Shown here: positions 1 to 23,262 of the stretch, in pieces
Position numbering within the stretch: position 1 is the first letter of the stretch
How the letters are laid out: every line of letters starts with the position of its first letter
Source of the DNA: Macrostomum lignano
Taxonomy: Eukaryota
DNA length: 64,000 nucleotides
Reading direction: 5' to 3'
NCBI GenBank assembly: GCA_002269645.1
Contig: NIVC01001151.1
Location: 248,001-312,000 of the forward strand
Notes under the pieces: generated by a model
What the model saw: only the letters and a program-made list of their open reading frames with translations
The model's database searches: none
What the model was told of the DNA's origin: nothing
Made by a program: the position numbers and the translations under genes

Positions 1-9750
<9,750 letters not shown>

Positions 9751-9787
9751 AATTTGCTAGCGAGATAATGATAATAATGATAATTGA

Positions 9788-11126
9788 TTACACCTGCCCT
9801 AATAGGCAGATGTGCAACCGACAGCTCAGCCGCAGCTATTCCAAGGACTGGGGGGCCGCCACATACAGCCTTTGTTGACCTGTTACGGAAATCAAGAAAT
9901 TTGTTTCAGGGTAACAAAGCATAGTGCCTGTGGCGCTAAAATGGTGCCTGTGGCGCTAAAATGGTGCCTGTGGCGCTAAAATGGTGCCTGTGGCGCTAAA
10001 ATGGTGCCTGTGGCACTAAAATGGTGCCTGTGGCGCTAAAATGGTGCCTGTGGCGCTAAAATGGTGCCTGTGTCGCTAAAATGGTGCCTGTGGCGCTAAA
10101 ATGGTGCCTGTGGCGCTAAAATGGTGCCTGTGGCGCTAAAATGGTGCCTGCGGCGCTAAAATGGTGCCTGTGGCGCTAAAATGGTGCCTGTGGCGCTAAA
10201 ATGGTGCCTGTGGCGCTAAAATGGTGCCTGTGTCGCTAAAATGGTGCCTGCGGCGCTAAAATGGTGCCTGTGGCGCTAAAATGGTGCCTGTGGCGCTAAA
10301 ATGGTGCCTGTGGCGCTAAAATGGTGCCTGCGGCGCTAAAATGGTGCCTGTGGCGCTAAAATGGTGACTGCGGCGCTAAAATGGTGCCTGTGGCGCTAAA
10401 ATGGTGCCTGTGGCGCTAAAATGGTGCCTGTGGCGCTAAAATGGTGCCTGTGTCGCTAAAATGGTGCCTGTGGCGCTAAAATGGTGCCTGTGGCGCTAAA
10501 ATGGTGCCTGTGGCGCTAAAATAGTGCCTGTGGCGCTAAAATGGTGCCTGTGGCACTAAAATGGTGCCTGTGGCGCTAAAATGGTGCCTGTGGCGCTAAA
10601 ATGGTGCCTGTGGCGCTAAAATGGTGCCTGCGGCGCTAAAATGGTGCCTGTGGCGCTAAAATGGTGCCTGCGGCGCTAAAATGGTGCCTGTGGCGCTAAA
10701 ATGGTGCCTGCGGCGCTAATATGGTGCCTGTGGCGCTAAAATGGTGCCTGTGGCGCTAAAATGAGTGCCTGCGGCGCTAAAATGGTGCCTGTGGCGCTAA
10801 AATCGTGCCTGTGGCGCTAAAATGGTGCCTTTGGCGCTAAAATGATCGCTTACAACACCGATTCTGAAAATAATGTACATGTAGGAATTCAGTCATGTAC
10901 ATGCACATGTACATTTATGGCTTTGTCCCCCCCCCACCATAAAATCCATAGCGACGCCCCTGACCTCAGCTAATGCTGGCACCCATTTTACAGTTGGGTG
11001 AATTGAAGCAATAACGCAGAGTTAAATGTCTTGCTCAAAGACACAAATTTTTCCAGTGGTATCGGGATTCGAACCCCAACCTTTCAGTCGTGAATCCGAT
11101 GCTCTTAACCACTAGGCTACAACCCC
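9788..11126 (-). mobile_element. tRNA-derived SINE copy split by a ~1.08 kb insertion (3' part 9788-9875, 5' part 10961-11126)
   Basis: Both parts match the copy at 27467-27762 in reverse. Reverse complement of the head: GGGGTTGTAGCCTAGTGG (A box) ... GGTTCGAATCC (B box). TGACCT occurs at both insertion junctions (9876-9881, 10961-10966). Confidence 0.8.
9925..10845. repeat. 20-bp minisatellite GGTGCCTGTGGCGCTAAAAT
   Basis: About 46 highly homogeneous copies. Confidence 0.97.
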
Positions 11127-12944
11127 CCCTCTGGAGCGAGGTAGGAAATTTTCCAGTTTTATACTCTTAATTTTAATTGTAGTTTTGTGAATGCTAATAA
11201 TTTTTTTCAATTTCTGAGCCATGTCAATTTGGAAGCAAAAGGTTTGATTTTTTAAAAGTGCAATTTTTTTCAAATTTTTAGCGTAGCCTGTAAAGATTTC
11301 CTTTGTCTAGAATCTCGAGATTATTTCTATCTTGCAGCATCGACATTTCGAGCCAAAGTGTACGAGTGAGCGTACGACCCTTTTAAGGTCTTCATTCAAA
11401 GTTTTTTTGTAAATTTTGGCTCATTGCATATTAATTCTGTCATTTTACAATGCGTCCCCTAGGATGTTCAAAGTTTAACGAATTTGAGTACATATTCTGA
11501 TCTAAGTATTGATTATTCGTTGGCTAAATTATCCTTTTAGTGTATAACTATCAATTTGAAAAAATTAAGACTGCATTTTTCTTATTTCTTTTTGTTTTAC
11601 AATTTATAACAAAAAGTGTACACACAGTAAATTAAAATATCTAGTTTTATTTTTAATTTAGTATCAATCAGAATTATTATGTCATCAATCTAGTCATTTT
11701 TTGCTTATGCTCCCTCCACAGTCGTCACCCTAGTTGAATTATTTTGTTAATCTGTTTTGATGGCAGATTAACAAGCAAAAGCTTTTTTCCGATTAGATTT
11801 TCACCACGGATATATCAATCATCATTGATACTATAATTATGAGTTTGACGCTTTTGTGATAAAGTTTTGTTCCGGCAAAGATTTTATTTTAATGCTTGTT
11901 TTAATTTTTTAGTTCTAAATCTTTGTCTTCTGTAGGCTGATTCCATGCACTTTTTTAGCACCTAAATATGCACGAAACATAGTAAATGTACATCCTTTGC
12001 ACAGGGCGGCATGTAATTTTTACTTGTTTTGCGTAAAGTTTTGACAAATTCGTTTTCAAGATTAACGATAGAAACTTTGTTAATGAAACTTTTATTAATT
12101 TTGTTAATTTTATATTTTTAAACATCTTTTCAATCATGCTTTCTCTTTATTCTATAATTATTTGTTCTTTTCAAAAGCAAAAAAATCAACGATTCTTTTT
12201 ATTTTGTTTGAGTTGCATTCCTACTCCATATCTCACTGCATAATAACAAATATAGCACTCCGTGGTCTCTTAGGAGCTACGATGCAATAGCTAGATAAAA
12301 TCGTGCATTTTAAACCATGTAATTTTCTTCGTTTCTGCTTTAATATAGCAAATGTTTAAATTGAATTATTTTGCAATAAATTTTTATTTAGATAAATTAG
12401 CAATATAATTAAAAATTCGTCCTCTGCTATAAGCGTTGCCGTTAAATAGAATTTGTTTTACTGTGCTCATTAGAAATACAATTAATCTTTTAAAAATAGG
12501 TTGTTTAACGCGTAAAACGTATTATAATTGCTGCTTGATTTAATTATTATAATATTTACTATTGACTTCTAGTTCATATATTGCTAATTTGCTTTGTTGT
12601 GATCTGCTGCATATATGCAAATATATTTAAATATTAAGCATTAGTAGCCGGTATATTGCCTCGCAAATTTATTTTGTTGTCATTAATTGGGTCGTAACTA
12701 AAAAAGTTACAAATTTAACAAATTCTGAGAGTAACTCGATTGTTTAATGAGTCACCTTTGGCAGTTGTGAGAGTCATTTGATTCAATGAGTCACATATGA
12801 CCGATAAAAAGAGAGTCATACACATTGATGAGGCACTCCAATGACCCTTACACTGAGAGTCATACCCATTGATAAGTCACTCCTATGACCCTTACACTGA
12901 GAGTCCTAAAAACATTACCGAATCAGTCAGGTTCTCCGAATAGG

Positions 12945-13560
12945 CGTCAACCCATTGTGGTTGCCGCGGAACCATCTGGTGGAATCAGACTGTGTGTGCA
13001 CTACAAGAAGTCAATCCTAAACCCTCAGCTGATGCAGAATTCGCATCCGACACCCAAAATTGAAGAGGTGTTTTTACAGTGGCGCGTTGTGGCAGTGATG
13101 AGCACGCCTTTCGGCAATTACATATATAACCGACTATTACCGCCTCAGTAGCATACATACTCTTGGATCGCGAGAGAGATGTTCTTCAGAGGCTGGACAA
13201 GAAAAAGCTGAAGTTCAAGTTCAAGATGCGAGTGAAATTCCTGAGGTTCATGTTGGATGCCACCAACACGAACCTCCAACGCCACCAACAAGAGCATGCC
13301 ACCATCTAAGAAGTCCGCTTTATCAAGAATTTTGTGACATGACAGCGCCATTGGTTCGTCTGAAGCAGAAGGATGTGGCATTCTCGATGGAGACCAGTAG
13401 AGACAAGCGCATACCAGGAGAATGAAGATACAGCAATCAATTTATAGAGAACACCATATCATACGACCCCAAGCTGCCTTTTGAACTCTTTTGCCTTTTG
13501 AGCTAGATGCTTCACAAAATGTTCTTGGAGGTGTTCTATATCAAGAAGGCTTTGTTTTGT
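12945..13560 (+). mobile_element. Decayed Ty3/gypsy LTR-retrotransposon pol fragment (RT and start of RNase H)
   Basis: PIVVAAEPSGGIRLCVHYKKSILNPQL..HPTPKIEEVF; TPFGNYIYNRL; LDKKKLKFKFKMRVKFL; FIKNFCDMTAPLVRL; LDASQNVLGGVLYQEG. Canonical RT/RNaseH order with frameshifts and stops. Confidence 0.8.
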
Positions 13561-13945
13561 TCTCAAGCAAGGTCACTGTCGCGAAATTTCAGCTTGCGCT
13601 AATAGAATTCACTTGCTCCCTTTTCATTTTCTTCCATTCCCTGTGTGCCTAGTCCATCTTCTATCTACCGTGCTCTATGTACTGTACACTCTTATCTTGT
13701 TTTCCGATTATCGATCGGTGAGTTTTCAGTCAGCCCCCCCCCCTCGGTCTCGTTAGAGCTTTTTAGCCCTCGCCCTTCTTACCCATTTTCTTCTTATCTA
13801 TTCTCTACCCCCCCCTCTCTCAACCACGCAAATAAATATACTGCTGGAGGAGCCTTTTCATCTTAACTTTGTTTTTCAAGTTGTTATTGTCAACGTATTC
13901 ACTGGCCAGTGTTATTTCTTCAGTTATTTTTCTACAGTCACACAC

Positions 13946-14362
13946 TGTAGCTGGCAGGACATATAATCCTGCTGCTGATTCTGCAGACACCCTGCACTAT
14001 AGCTGGCAGGCCATATAATCCTGCTGCTGATTCTGCAGACACCCTGCACTATAGCTGGCAGGCCATATAATCCTGCTGCTGATTCTGCAGACACCCTGCA
14101 CTATAGCTGGCAGGCCATATAATCCTGCTGCTGATTCTGCAGACACCCTGCACTTATAGCTGGCAGGCCATATAATCCTGCTGCTGATTCTGCAGACACC
14201 CTGCACTAAAGCTGACAGGGCATATAATTCTGCTGCTGATTCTGCAGACACCCTGCACTAAAGCTGGCAGGGCATATAATTCTGCTGCTGATTCTGCAGA
14301 CACCCTGCACTAAAGCTGGCAGGGCATATAATTCTGCTGCTGATTCTGCAGACACCCTGCAC
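13946..14362. repeat. ~52-bp minisatellite (CTGCTGCTGATTCTGCAGACACCCTGCACTATAGCTGGCAGGCCATATAATC)
   Basis: 8 copies visible. Confidence 0.93.
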
Positions 14363-15305
14363 TCGGCTTTTCGTCGACTGCCTACAGGCTGATGCCGGCG
14401 CCCTGGACACTGCCGGCAATGAGGCCTACGTTCGCGCCCAGGCCCTGAACCGCTCCCTCTGACATTGTCTTTGCCTCTCTTGACTCGCTTGACTGGCTGA
14501 CAACGTATTTTGTTGTTGTTGTTGGGGAAATCGCAGATGCTACAAGTCTCCATGCGGAAAATACGCTCGTAGCTCAGCCAGGAGACCCTCAAATCGCATT
14601 CTTCTGTTCTATCGATCGTCTAGCGACGACAGGGTGGGAGAGTCTCCGGCAGAACTCATCATATTCGATCGGAAGTTGCCAGTTCCATTCCGAGTTCCAC
14701 AGCACAACCAGACAGGTGAGCATGCAGGACGAGGTCAATACATGTATCTCAATAACTCGCACGATTATTATTGCCGCCATTTCGGCGGGAGAAGCCGGAA
14801 CGCGAGCAAGCTACGGACCAGGGACCCCTGCAAGTCGATCAGGACCAATCACAGTAAACAGTACATTCATAATTCATAACACAGTTATTCAGACTATGAA
14901 TATAAATGACAATAAGCGATAAATAATAATTTAGTATTTTCCTTTAATTTACCCGTATATGCCCGATTAAAGCAGTCTGAGCGATATTGGATCAATTTGA
15001 TATTATTATTTGGAGGCAAGTTCGTCAGCCTTAATTAACCGCTTTTGTGTGCGAACTTCGGTTGTGGTCAATAAAAGTCATTCGGTGCAGTCTACCGATG
15101 GCTGCATTCTGCAGATCTGCGGAGATCCGACCCGACCCATTCATAGAAACACGATCGACTCGGGCTTATGGGATGTAGGAAAGTGAGTTTTCTGCTTCAT
15201 TAACCTCGACGCTGATTGCAGGCTTGGCTGGGCCGATTGAGCGGCTGGGTGGGACTGGGGGGCATTGTATGGGTGGCCGGCTGCAGTGGACAGCTGAGCC
15301 TGTGC

Positions 15306-15338
<33 letters not shown>

Positions 15339-15345
15339 GGCAGGC

Positions 15346-15411
<66 letters not shown>

Positions 15412-15422
15412 ACAGACAGGCA
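15306..15422. repeat. (CAGA)n/(CAGG)n microsatellite
   Basis: Direct reading. Confidence 0.93.
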
Positions 15423-16074
15423 GACCTAACCAAGCAGGCACTCTGTGACCGGTATGTTATTAAAATTTAGCTACTTCCAAGTGCAACAAGAGATCCGGGA
15501 ATCTCATCAGCCTGCAGTTCCTGAAATAGAACCGCGAGAGTGATGATGACGCCAGTGATGCTGATGAAAACTGCAGTCGGTGTTGCAATTTCATAACTAA
15601 GCTGCTAAAAATATGCAATTTGTGCGGGTAGGCAACAAGCATTGTTGCTTTTCATGTCTAGTTCGTGTTCCACCCTCGACCCTACTCGTCTTGTCGAGAG
15701 AGCACGTTCAAACGCAACCTGAATAAAAAACGGGCGCTCCTCACTACTTTTCTGTGCTAAGCAAAAACTGTAACTGTCTACTTTGTATCTTTGGTAATGC
15801 TTACTTCACAGCTCCATCAATCAATACGCGAAAGAAGATTAGTTCCAACTGTCGTGCAGTAGTTTTTTGTTGCCAAGTTTTGCAAAACTTTTGCTTGTTG
15901 ATTGCCACAAAACAGAGGAAGAGGAAAAGCCAGGTATTTCTGATACAATCGCTGAGCGCGACTAACAGAAGGTCTAAACGATACGTATTGACCTTTTCTG
16001 GAGTTTTCAGATTAATAATAACAAATTATTTGCGAATTTAATGCAAGGCTAGCTGTTGAGAATTTGAGTGCCGA

Positions 16075-16410
16075 GTGAGGTGGTGTTCCAATTAGGGAGG
16101 TGGATGTTCTAAGGAGTGAGGTGGATGGTGGATGTTCTATGGAGTGAGGTGGATGGTTGATGTTCTATGGAGTGAGGTGGATGGTTGATGTTCTATGGAG
16201 TGAGGTGGATGGTGGATGTTCTATGGAGTGAGGTGGATGGTTGATGTTCTATGGAGTGAGGTGGATGGTGGATGTTCTATGGAGTGAGGTGGATGGTGGA
16301 TGTTCTATGGAGTGAGGTGGATGGTGGATGTTCTATGGAATGAGGTGGATGGTGGATGTTCTATGGAGTGAGGTGGGTGAGAGGAAGTGAGGTGGGTGAG
16401 AGGCAGTGAA
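16075..16410. repeat. 28-bp minisatellite GGAGTGAGGTGGATGGT(G/T)GATGTTCTAT
   Basis: About 10 copies. Confidence 0.92.
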
Positions 16411-16567
16411 GATATTTGATAAAAATTTTGGTAATCCAAGAAAGCCTTTTTTACAACTTTGCGCACCGGAGATTTTAATAAAAATCAGATCAAAGCCAAG
16501 CGGCAGGTTCACAAAGGCATGCTGCCGGTCCTTATAATAATTCCCACTGCATCCATGACAGGAAATA

Positions 16568-19500
16568 CCCGATGAAAACGTGACTGTGGCCTAGAATCGT
16601 AAATGAAGCGTTTGCGTCGTACTTGAATCGCTTTTGAAGCGTTTTGGAGTTGCACTGGGGGACTGGAGGGAAAGTAATTCTGTGTGATTCAAAACCGACG
16701 AGATGTCACGGTACACGTCGTAAAAGACGCGTGTTTGAAGCGTTTCTGAATCACTTTGAAGCGTTTTGTGGAAATGCGTCAAAAACGATTCAGGTGACGC
16801 GTTTTAGCGGCGTTTCTGAATCGCTTTTGACTCACACTTGAATCGTTTGATTACGGCTATTGCTGAAGCGTATCTGACGCGTTGTTGACGCGCTTTTGAC
16901 TCGGAGTTGTAATTTGAGTAAGTTTTTAATATTTGAAGCATTTCCGGTTCCCTTTTGCTTCTCGTAGTCCTTATAGTACCATACTTTGTAGGAAAGGAAT
17001 TGCCACAAGAACTGTGCACACGTGGAGTCGTTTAATCCGAGAAATCAAATTTATCAGTATGTGTCCCGCTATCCATTAAAGTGTAAGCCTGAATCAAAAT
17101 ACACTAGCTATCAGCTCACTACTGCCTGTTTAGCTAACTATCAGTAGCGCAACCAGAAATTTTTTGAGGGGGCGGATTCGGAGGGTAAAGTCCCGGGAAG
17201 GGGGGCGGAGGGTGGCTCTGTTTTTGGCGAAAATTCGCTTGGTCCCCCATTGATTTTTTTCGGTCCCCCTGGTTGCGCCACTGCTAACTGTGCTATTAGC
17301 AAAAGGATAACAAAGAGCCCGCAGAGCACACAAGACCCATTAAAAAATAAAATAAAGAATAGCAAAACACAAAGACCACAAACAGAAATTTCTATATATG
17401 TGGAGTCAAAACACTTAAAGATTAATAAAGCTAAAATAAGTGGAACCGATGTATAATTTTTATTCAACGAACAGTAAAAATATACAGTGTAGCATATAGC
17501 TGAGCGCAATAAGAAAAAGTCATGGAAATCATGGAAAAAGTAACATTTTTGCTAATATGGTCTGCAATGTAATAAACATGTAAAATTCAATTATGAAATG
17601 CAAAACTTTAATTTTCTGGCTATGTGCAGTTGAAATTGAAAGAACAATGAAATTATTATGTTATTAAAGAGCAAATTGATAAATCAGGTTACAAACAATG
17701 TTGGCGAAACACAAAAAAAAATTACTTGACATAAAAATAAAAGCACTTGCACTAATACTTCAATGATCCAGCATCCTCAGTGAACAGGCACAAATTAAAA
17801 CAAGAAAATCACACCTTATAGTTTATAAAAAGACTTTTGAAAAAGTTGCATAATAAGCCTGGCTATATACTAAGTAGAACAATTATGCCACATCACAAAT
17901 AGGGGCATAGAAAACATATAAAAAATTAGCAAGTCAGTTTCGATAGCCAGCCTATGGCTATAGATTCTTCATATATATAAGTAGTCATACTAGTAAAAAC
18001 ATAACTTGACCTTTTTGGAAAGCAAAGCATTTTGCACTTCACAGATTAAAAGTGTACATATATAAAATTATATGGCTAAATTGCATTCTAGATATAATTC
18101 CAATATTATTTAACAATAATATGTTAACAATTTTTAATAATAACAAAAATAATATTGTTAAATAATAAGTAATAATAAGTAATAACGATTAAATAATAAT
18201 AAATATAGTTGACAATCAATAGCATTGACTAAAGTGCAAAACAAACATGTTTTTATGAATAAAGAGACTTTAGCCTATATGGGTTCACATGAACTTGAAA
18301 AAGTAATCCTTGCTATTTCACTTTAGATCAAGATTCAAAGCCTCTGTTTTAGAAGTACATGGTGGAAGCCTTTGTCCTTTCTCCAGACATGAATTGGAAT
18401 GTAGTAGTAAGCCTAAAAAGTTGTACATTTTAAGCAAAAGCAATTAGAACATTCAACATTGACTAGATTATGAAAAGAAAATAAAAGAAAATATTTATTA
18501 CTATATTACTTGAAAGTCATTACTCTTTTATTGATTTTAATATGATTCTATACACACTTTTCTGTAATTTAATAGTAGAATAAATATTGTATTGTCAATA
18601 TCTATTAACATAGAGGCCCCTGATAACAATATAATTATTATACTTACTAAATTATAAGTAATATTTGTAGGACCTATAAAAATATACATCATATTTTGAA
18701 AGTTCTATATTTATTACACATACATTGTATGTAATAAAATAAAAACTTCAATAATTTATGGACTATGGACCTTACTTTAATCTTAGTCTTAGAATAGAAA
18801 TAAAAAACATTGAATTAATTTAGCACAAAAAGAAATATAAACTTCTAGTATAATTATAAAGTTTGCCTTTAAAATACAATATATATGGTATACTACCTAG
18901 GCTAAAATATACAAAGGTAGAGCTATACATGGCATATGCCTTACAAACAGTAGCCCCTAGCCCTATGCAAAGGAAACTTTTGCTCAGGCCTAGGCCCTCC
19001 TATTGTTTAAGACATAGGCTAAGTAGTAAACTGAAAAGTGCTATCTACTACAATACAAATGTATTCAAAACAGGCACATAGGAAAGATCATTTTGAGAAA
19101 GAAGTAGGCCCATCGCTACAGTCAATTTTGTTTGGCTTAGATAAAAAATAAGTTTTAATAGGCCTAAATGAATTTAGCAAAGAGTGCTTATTAAGAATGA
19201 AAAGAAAACTTCGATTCACTATTTTTTATTAATAAATAAAAACTGCCACAATAATATTATCGAAAGCTAGCATTAATTTTTGATCTTCTTTTATACTGCA
19301 AAGGTGTTTTTGTAATAAACAAATAATATTATTAGGCTTTGCAATATAATCTTCACGCCTTGGCAACAAAAGGTATGATATTTTCATTCAAACACATTGC
19401 GAGAAGAATCTACTGACCCATTTATTCGCTTATACAAATAAACAAAAATTTTCACATGTTTAATGCTTCTAAGGCAAGAAGTCTTTACACCTTTATTTAA

Positions 19501-20226
19501 AATGCATTAAATACAAAATTTTTAAAGTTGATTTGACAATTCTATAAAGATTTTTGTACTTTTAAGGTGAGACTTTTTTAATTTAAACTTTTTTATCGCA
19601 ATTCTTCTAAGTTAAAGAATTGTTTCAAAATCTCTCAAAAGTCTACATTCTGCCATGAAAAATAAATGTTTTTTACTTATTAAACAGGAAACAGCGTAAA
19701 AAACATGTTTAAATGTCAAAACCAAACCACCATTTTCTTCAGCTCGTATTTTAGTTGCGGGAGTTGCGAGTTTATTACGTAAAAATTACGTGAAATTGTC
19801 AAGCGGGATAAGTAAAGAAACATTGCACCCAGTTTCACGGGTCTAATGGCAATATACTCCATCGCAACATTGTCGCCTCTCCATACTGCTCTAGAATACA
19901 AATAGTTGGCGGTTCTGAAGACACTAAAATACTATGCAGCAGCAGCACATGTATTATACTTTCATTCTAACACGCTGCAGAAACTTGCAAAAAAATTGAA
20001 ACGCATCAGATACGCTTCAAAAACGATTCAGAAACGATTCTAGCAATCAGAAAAGCTTGTGCGACTCACTCACCCACTCCAGAAGAGTTTTAAAATCACA
20101 AGAATCGTTTCTGAATCACTTGAAGCGCATTTGAATCACTTGAAGCGTATTTGAATCACTTGACGCGTATTTGAATCACTAAAACGATTCTAATACGATT
20201 CTTGTCACGGTAACGTTTTCATCGGG
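16568..20226. mobile_element. Non-autonomous TIR DNA transposon, CACTA/EnSpm(CMC)-like, ~3.66 kb
   Basis: 14-bp perfect TIR CCCGATGAAAACGT...ACGTTTTCATCGGG with further imperfect homology (..AGAATCGTA). ATA on both flanks (3-bp TSD). Subterminal GAATC(G/A)C..TGAAGCG repeats at 16590-16900 and 19990-20210. AT-rich interior with no long ORF. Confidence 0.75.
17142..17283. mobile_element. 142-bp hAT-like MITE nested in the larger element
   Basis: TIR CAGTAGCGCAACCAG / CTGGTTGCGCCACTG (1 mismatch). 8-bp flanks CTAACTAT / CTAACTGT. Confidence 0.8.
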
Positions 20227-20509
20227 ATAGCCATTCTGGCCCAATATAAACACACCCCGATGCTTTTATTGGGAGAAAAAAGAGAGAGAGCTAATTGAGC
20301 AGACTGTCGGATTTAATAAAGCCTTTGTTAAGTAGGCCGCATAAAAATTTGGGAATATGAGCAACTTTATAGAGTAATATAGTCGCATACAGACTGAGAA
20401 CTATGGGTGCTCAGTAGACTTATGGTCTCAGAATGGATTAAATATAATTCTGAGGCTTGGGTTCACCGAAATAAACCCTCGGAAAATTTGAAGATTACGA
20501 ACGTGTTGT

Positions 20510-21525
20510 GTCCCATCTAAATATCCCATCTAAATATCCTATCTAAATATCCCATCTAAATATCCTATCTAAATAGCCCATCTAAATATCCCATCTAGAT
20601 ATCCCATCTAAATATCCCATCTAAATATCCCATCTAGATATCCCATCTAAATATCCCACCTAAATATCCCATCTAAATATCCCATCTAAATATCCCATCT
20701 AAATATCCCGTCTAAATATCCCATCTAAATATTCCATCTAGATATCCCATTGATGTATCCCGTCTAAATATCCCATCCATATCCCATCAAAATATCCCAT
20801 CTAAATATCCCATCTAAATATCCTATCTAAATATCCCATCTAAATATCCCACCTAAATATCCCATCTAAATATCCCACCTAAATATCCCATCTAGATATC
20901 CCATCTAAATATCCCATCTAAATATCCCATCTAAATATCCCATCTAAATATCGTATCTAAGTATCCCACCTAAATATCCCATCTAAATATCCCATCTAAA
21001 TATCGTATCTAAATATCCCACCTAAATATCCCATTTAAATATCCCATCTAAATATCCCACCTAAATATCCCATCTAAATATCCCATCTAAATATCCCATC
21101 TAAATATCGTATCTAAATATCCCACCTAAATATCCCATTTAAATATCCCATCTAAATATCCCACCTAAATATCCCATCTAAATATCCCATCTAAATATCC
21201 CATCTAAATATCGTATCTAAATATCCCACCTAAATATCCCATTTAAATATCCCATCTAGATATCCCATCTAAATATCCCATCTAAATATCCCACCTAAAT
21301 ATCCCATCTAAATATCCCACCTAAATATCCCATCTAAATATCCCATTTAAATATCCCATCTAAATATCCCATCTAAATATCCCATCTAGATATCCCATCT
21401 AAATATCCCATCTAAATATCCCATCTAAATATCCCATCTAAATATCCCATCTAAATATCCCATCTAGATATCCCATCTAGATATCCCATCTAAATATCGT
21501 ATCTAAATATCCCAACTAAATATGC
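20510..21525. repeat. 13-bp minisatellite AATATCCCATCTA
   Basis: More than 70 copies. Confidence 0.96.
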
Positions 21526-22159
21526 CATCCATATCTCATAGAAATATCCCATTCATATATCAACAGTCTCTCATTTCCCCAACAGATCCCATTATTAACT
21601 TCATCTAGTTTATTCTTGGCAAAGCTCACGCCCAGCCTCTTCTAGAAGAAGAAACACAGCTGCCGATAGCCGAGCACAATCAACACAAGATACGATAGGA
21701 TACTCGTATAATGTGGATAAGTGATGATGATGATAATTCCTAAATCGTGATGTTTCCCTTTGGCTGGACATTGATGCTGATACGGAGAATGGCGGGCGGC
21801 TGTAAATATTTTCTGACATTGGCAGCTAAAAGCTTGAATTAATTTTGCAATTCCATATTTTCATTTCTTCTGACTGGGAGAGACAGGCAGCAGAAGCAGA
21901 AAGGCAGCCAAGTACAAGTGCACTATTTATTATTATTCCCTAGCAGTGAATAACAATGGAACTCATAACTTTGTTATACTGACAATTAATTATTGAATAA
22001 GTAGGTGAAATTCATAGACTTACTGGCTTTACGTGGCTTAGACTTGGGTGCATTGTTGACTCAGGTGACAGCCTAGGAGCCTTGCTCTAATTCTTTTTTT
22101 TCAGGTAAGGCCGTGTGCTTGGCAATCAGAAATTGGAGAACAACTGACAGATTGTAGGG

Positions 22160-23255
22160 CCCCAGCCCTGCACAGTGCAGTTGAGGGACTGTCCCAGCCC
22201 TGCATAGTGAAGTTGACAGACTGTCCCAGCCCTGCATAGTGCAGTTGACAGACTGTCCCAGCCCTGCATAGTGCAGTTAAGGGACTGTCCCAGCCCTGCA
22301 TAGTGCAGTTAAGGGACTGTCCCAGCCCTGCATAGTGCAGTTAAGGGACTGTCCCAGCCCTGCATAGTGCAGTTAAGGGACTGTCCCAGCTCTGCATAGT
22401 GCAGTTAAGGGACTGTCCCAGCCCTGCATAGTGCAGTTAAGGGACTGTCCCAGCCCTGCATAGTGCAGTTAAGGGACTGTCCCAGCCCTGCATAGTGCAG
22501 TTAAGGGACTGTCCCAGCCCTGCATAGTGCAGTTGACAGACTGTCCCAGCCCTGCATAGTGCAGTTAAGGGACTGTCCCAGCCCTGCACAGTGCAGTTAA
22601 GGGACTGTCCCAGCCCTGCATAGTGCAGTTAAGGGACTGTCCCAGCCCTGCATAGTGCAGTTAAGGGACTGTCCCAGCCCTGCATAGTGCAGTTAAGGGA
22701 CTGTCCCAGCCCTGCATAGTGCAGTTAAGGGACTGTCCCAGCTCTGCATAGTGCAGTTAAGGGACTGTCCCAGCCCTGCATAGTGCAGTTAAGGGACTGT
22801 CCCAGCCCTGCATAGTGCAGTTAAGGGACTGTCCCAGCCCTGCATAGTGCAGTTAAGGGACTGTCCCAGCCCTGCATAGTGCAGTTGACAGACTGTCCCA
22901 GCCCTGCATAGTGCAGTTAAGGGACTGTCCCAGCCCTGCATAGTGCAGTTGACAGACTGTCCCAGCCCTGCATAGTGCAGTTAAGGGACTGTCCCAGCCC
23001 TGCATAGTGCAGTTAAGGGACTGTCCCAGCCCTGCACAGTGCAGTTAAGGGACTGTCCCAGCCCTGCATAGTGCAGTTAAGGGACTGTCCCAGCCCTGCA
23101 CAGTGCAGTTGACAGACTGTCCCAGCCCTGCACAGTGCAGTTGACAGACTGTCCCAGCCATGCACAGTGCAGTTGACAGACTGTCCCAGCCCTGCACTGT
23201 GCAGTTGACAGACTGTCCCAGCCCTGCACAGTGCAGTTGACAGACTGTCCCAGCT
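22160..23255. repeat. 32-bp minisatellite GGGACTGTCCCAGCCCTGCATAGTGCAGTTAA
   Basis: About 34 copies with a GACAGACTG variant. Confidence 0.96.
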
Positions 23256-23262
23256 TTACAAA

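Noticed and set aside
14560-15600. Scattered GT/AG-bounded GC-rich segments (donors near 14715 and 15182)
   Set aside because: Could not be joined into a coherent in-phase ORF or any recognisable peptide.
9925-23255. Regular direct repeats as CRISPR arrays (20-, 32- and 52-bp units)
   Set aside because: Head-to-tail units without unique spacers, no cas genes, and a eukaryotic spliced-gene context.
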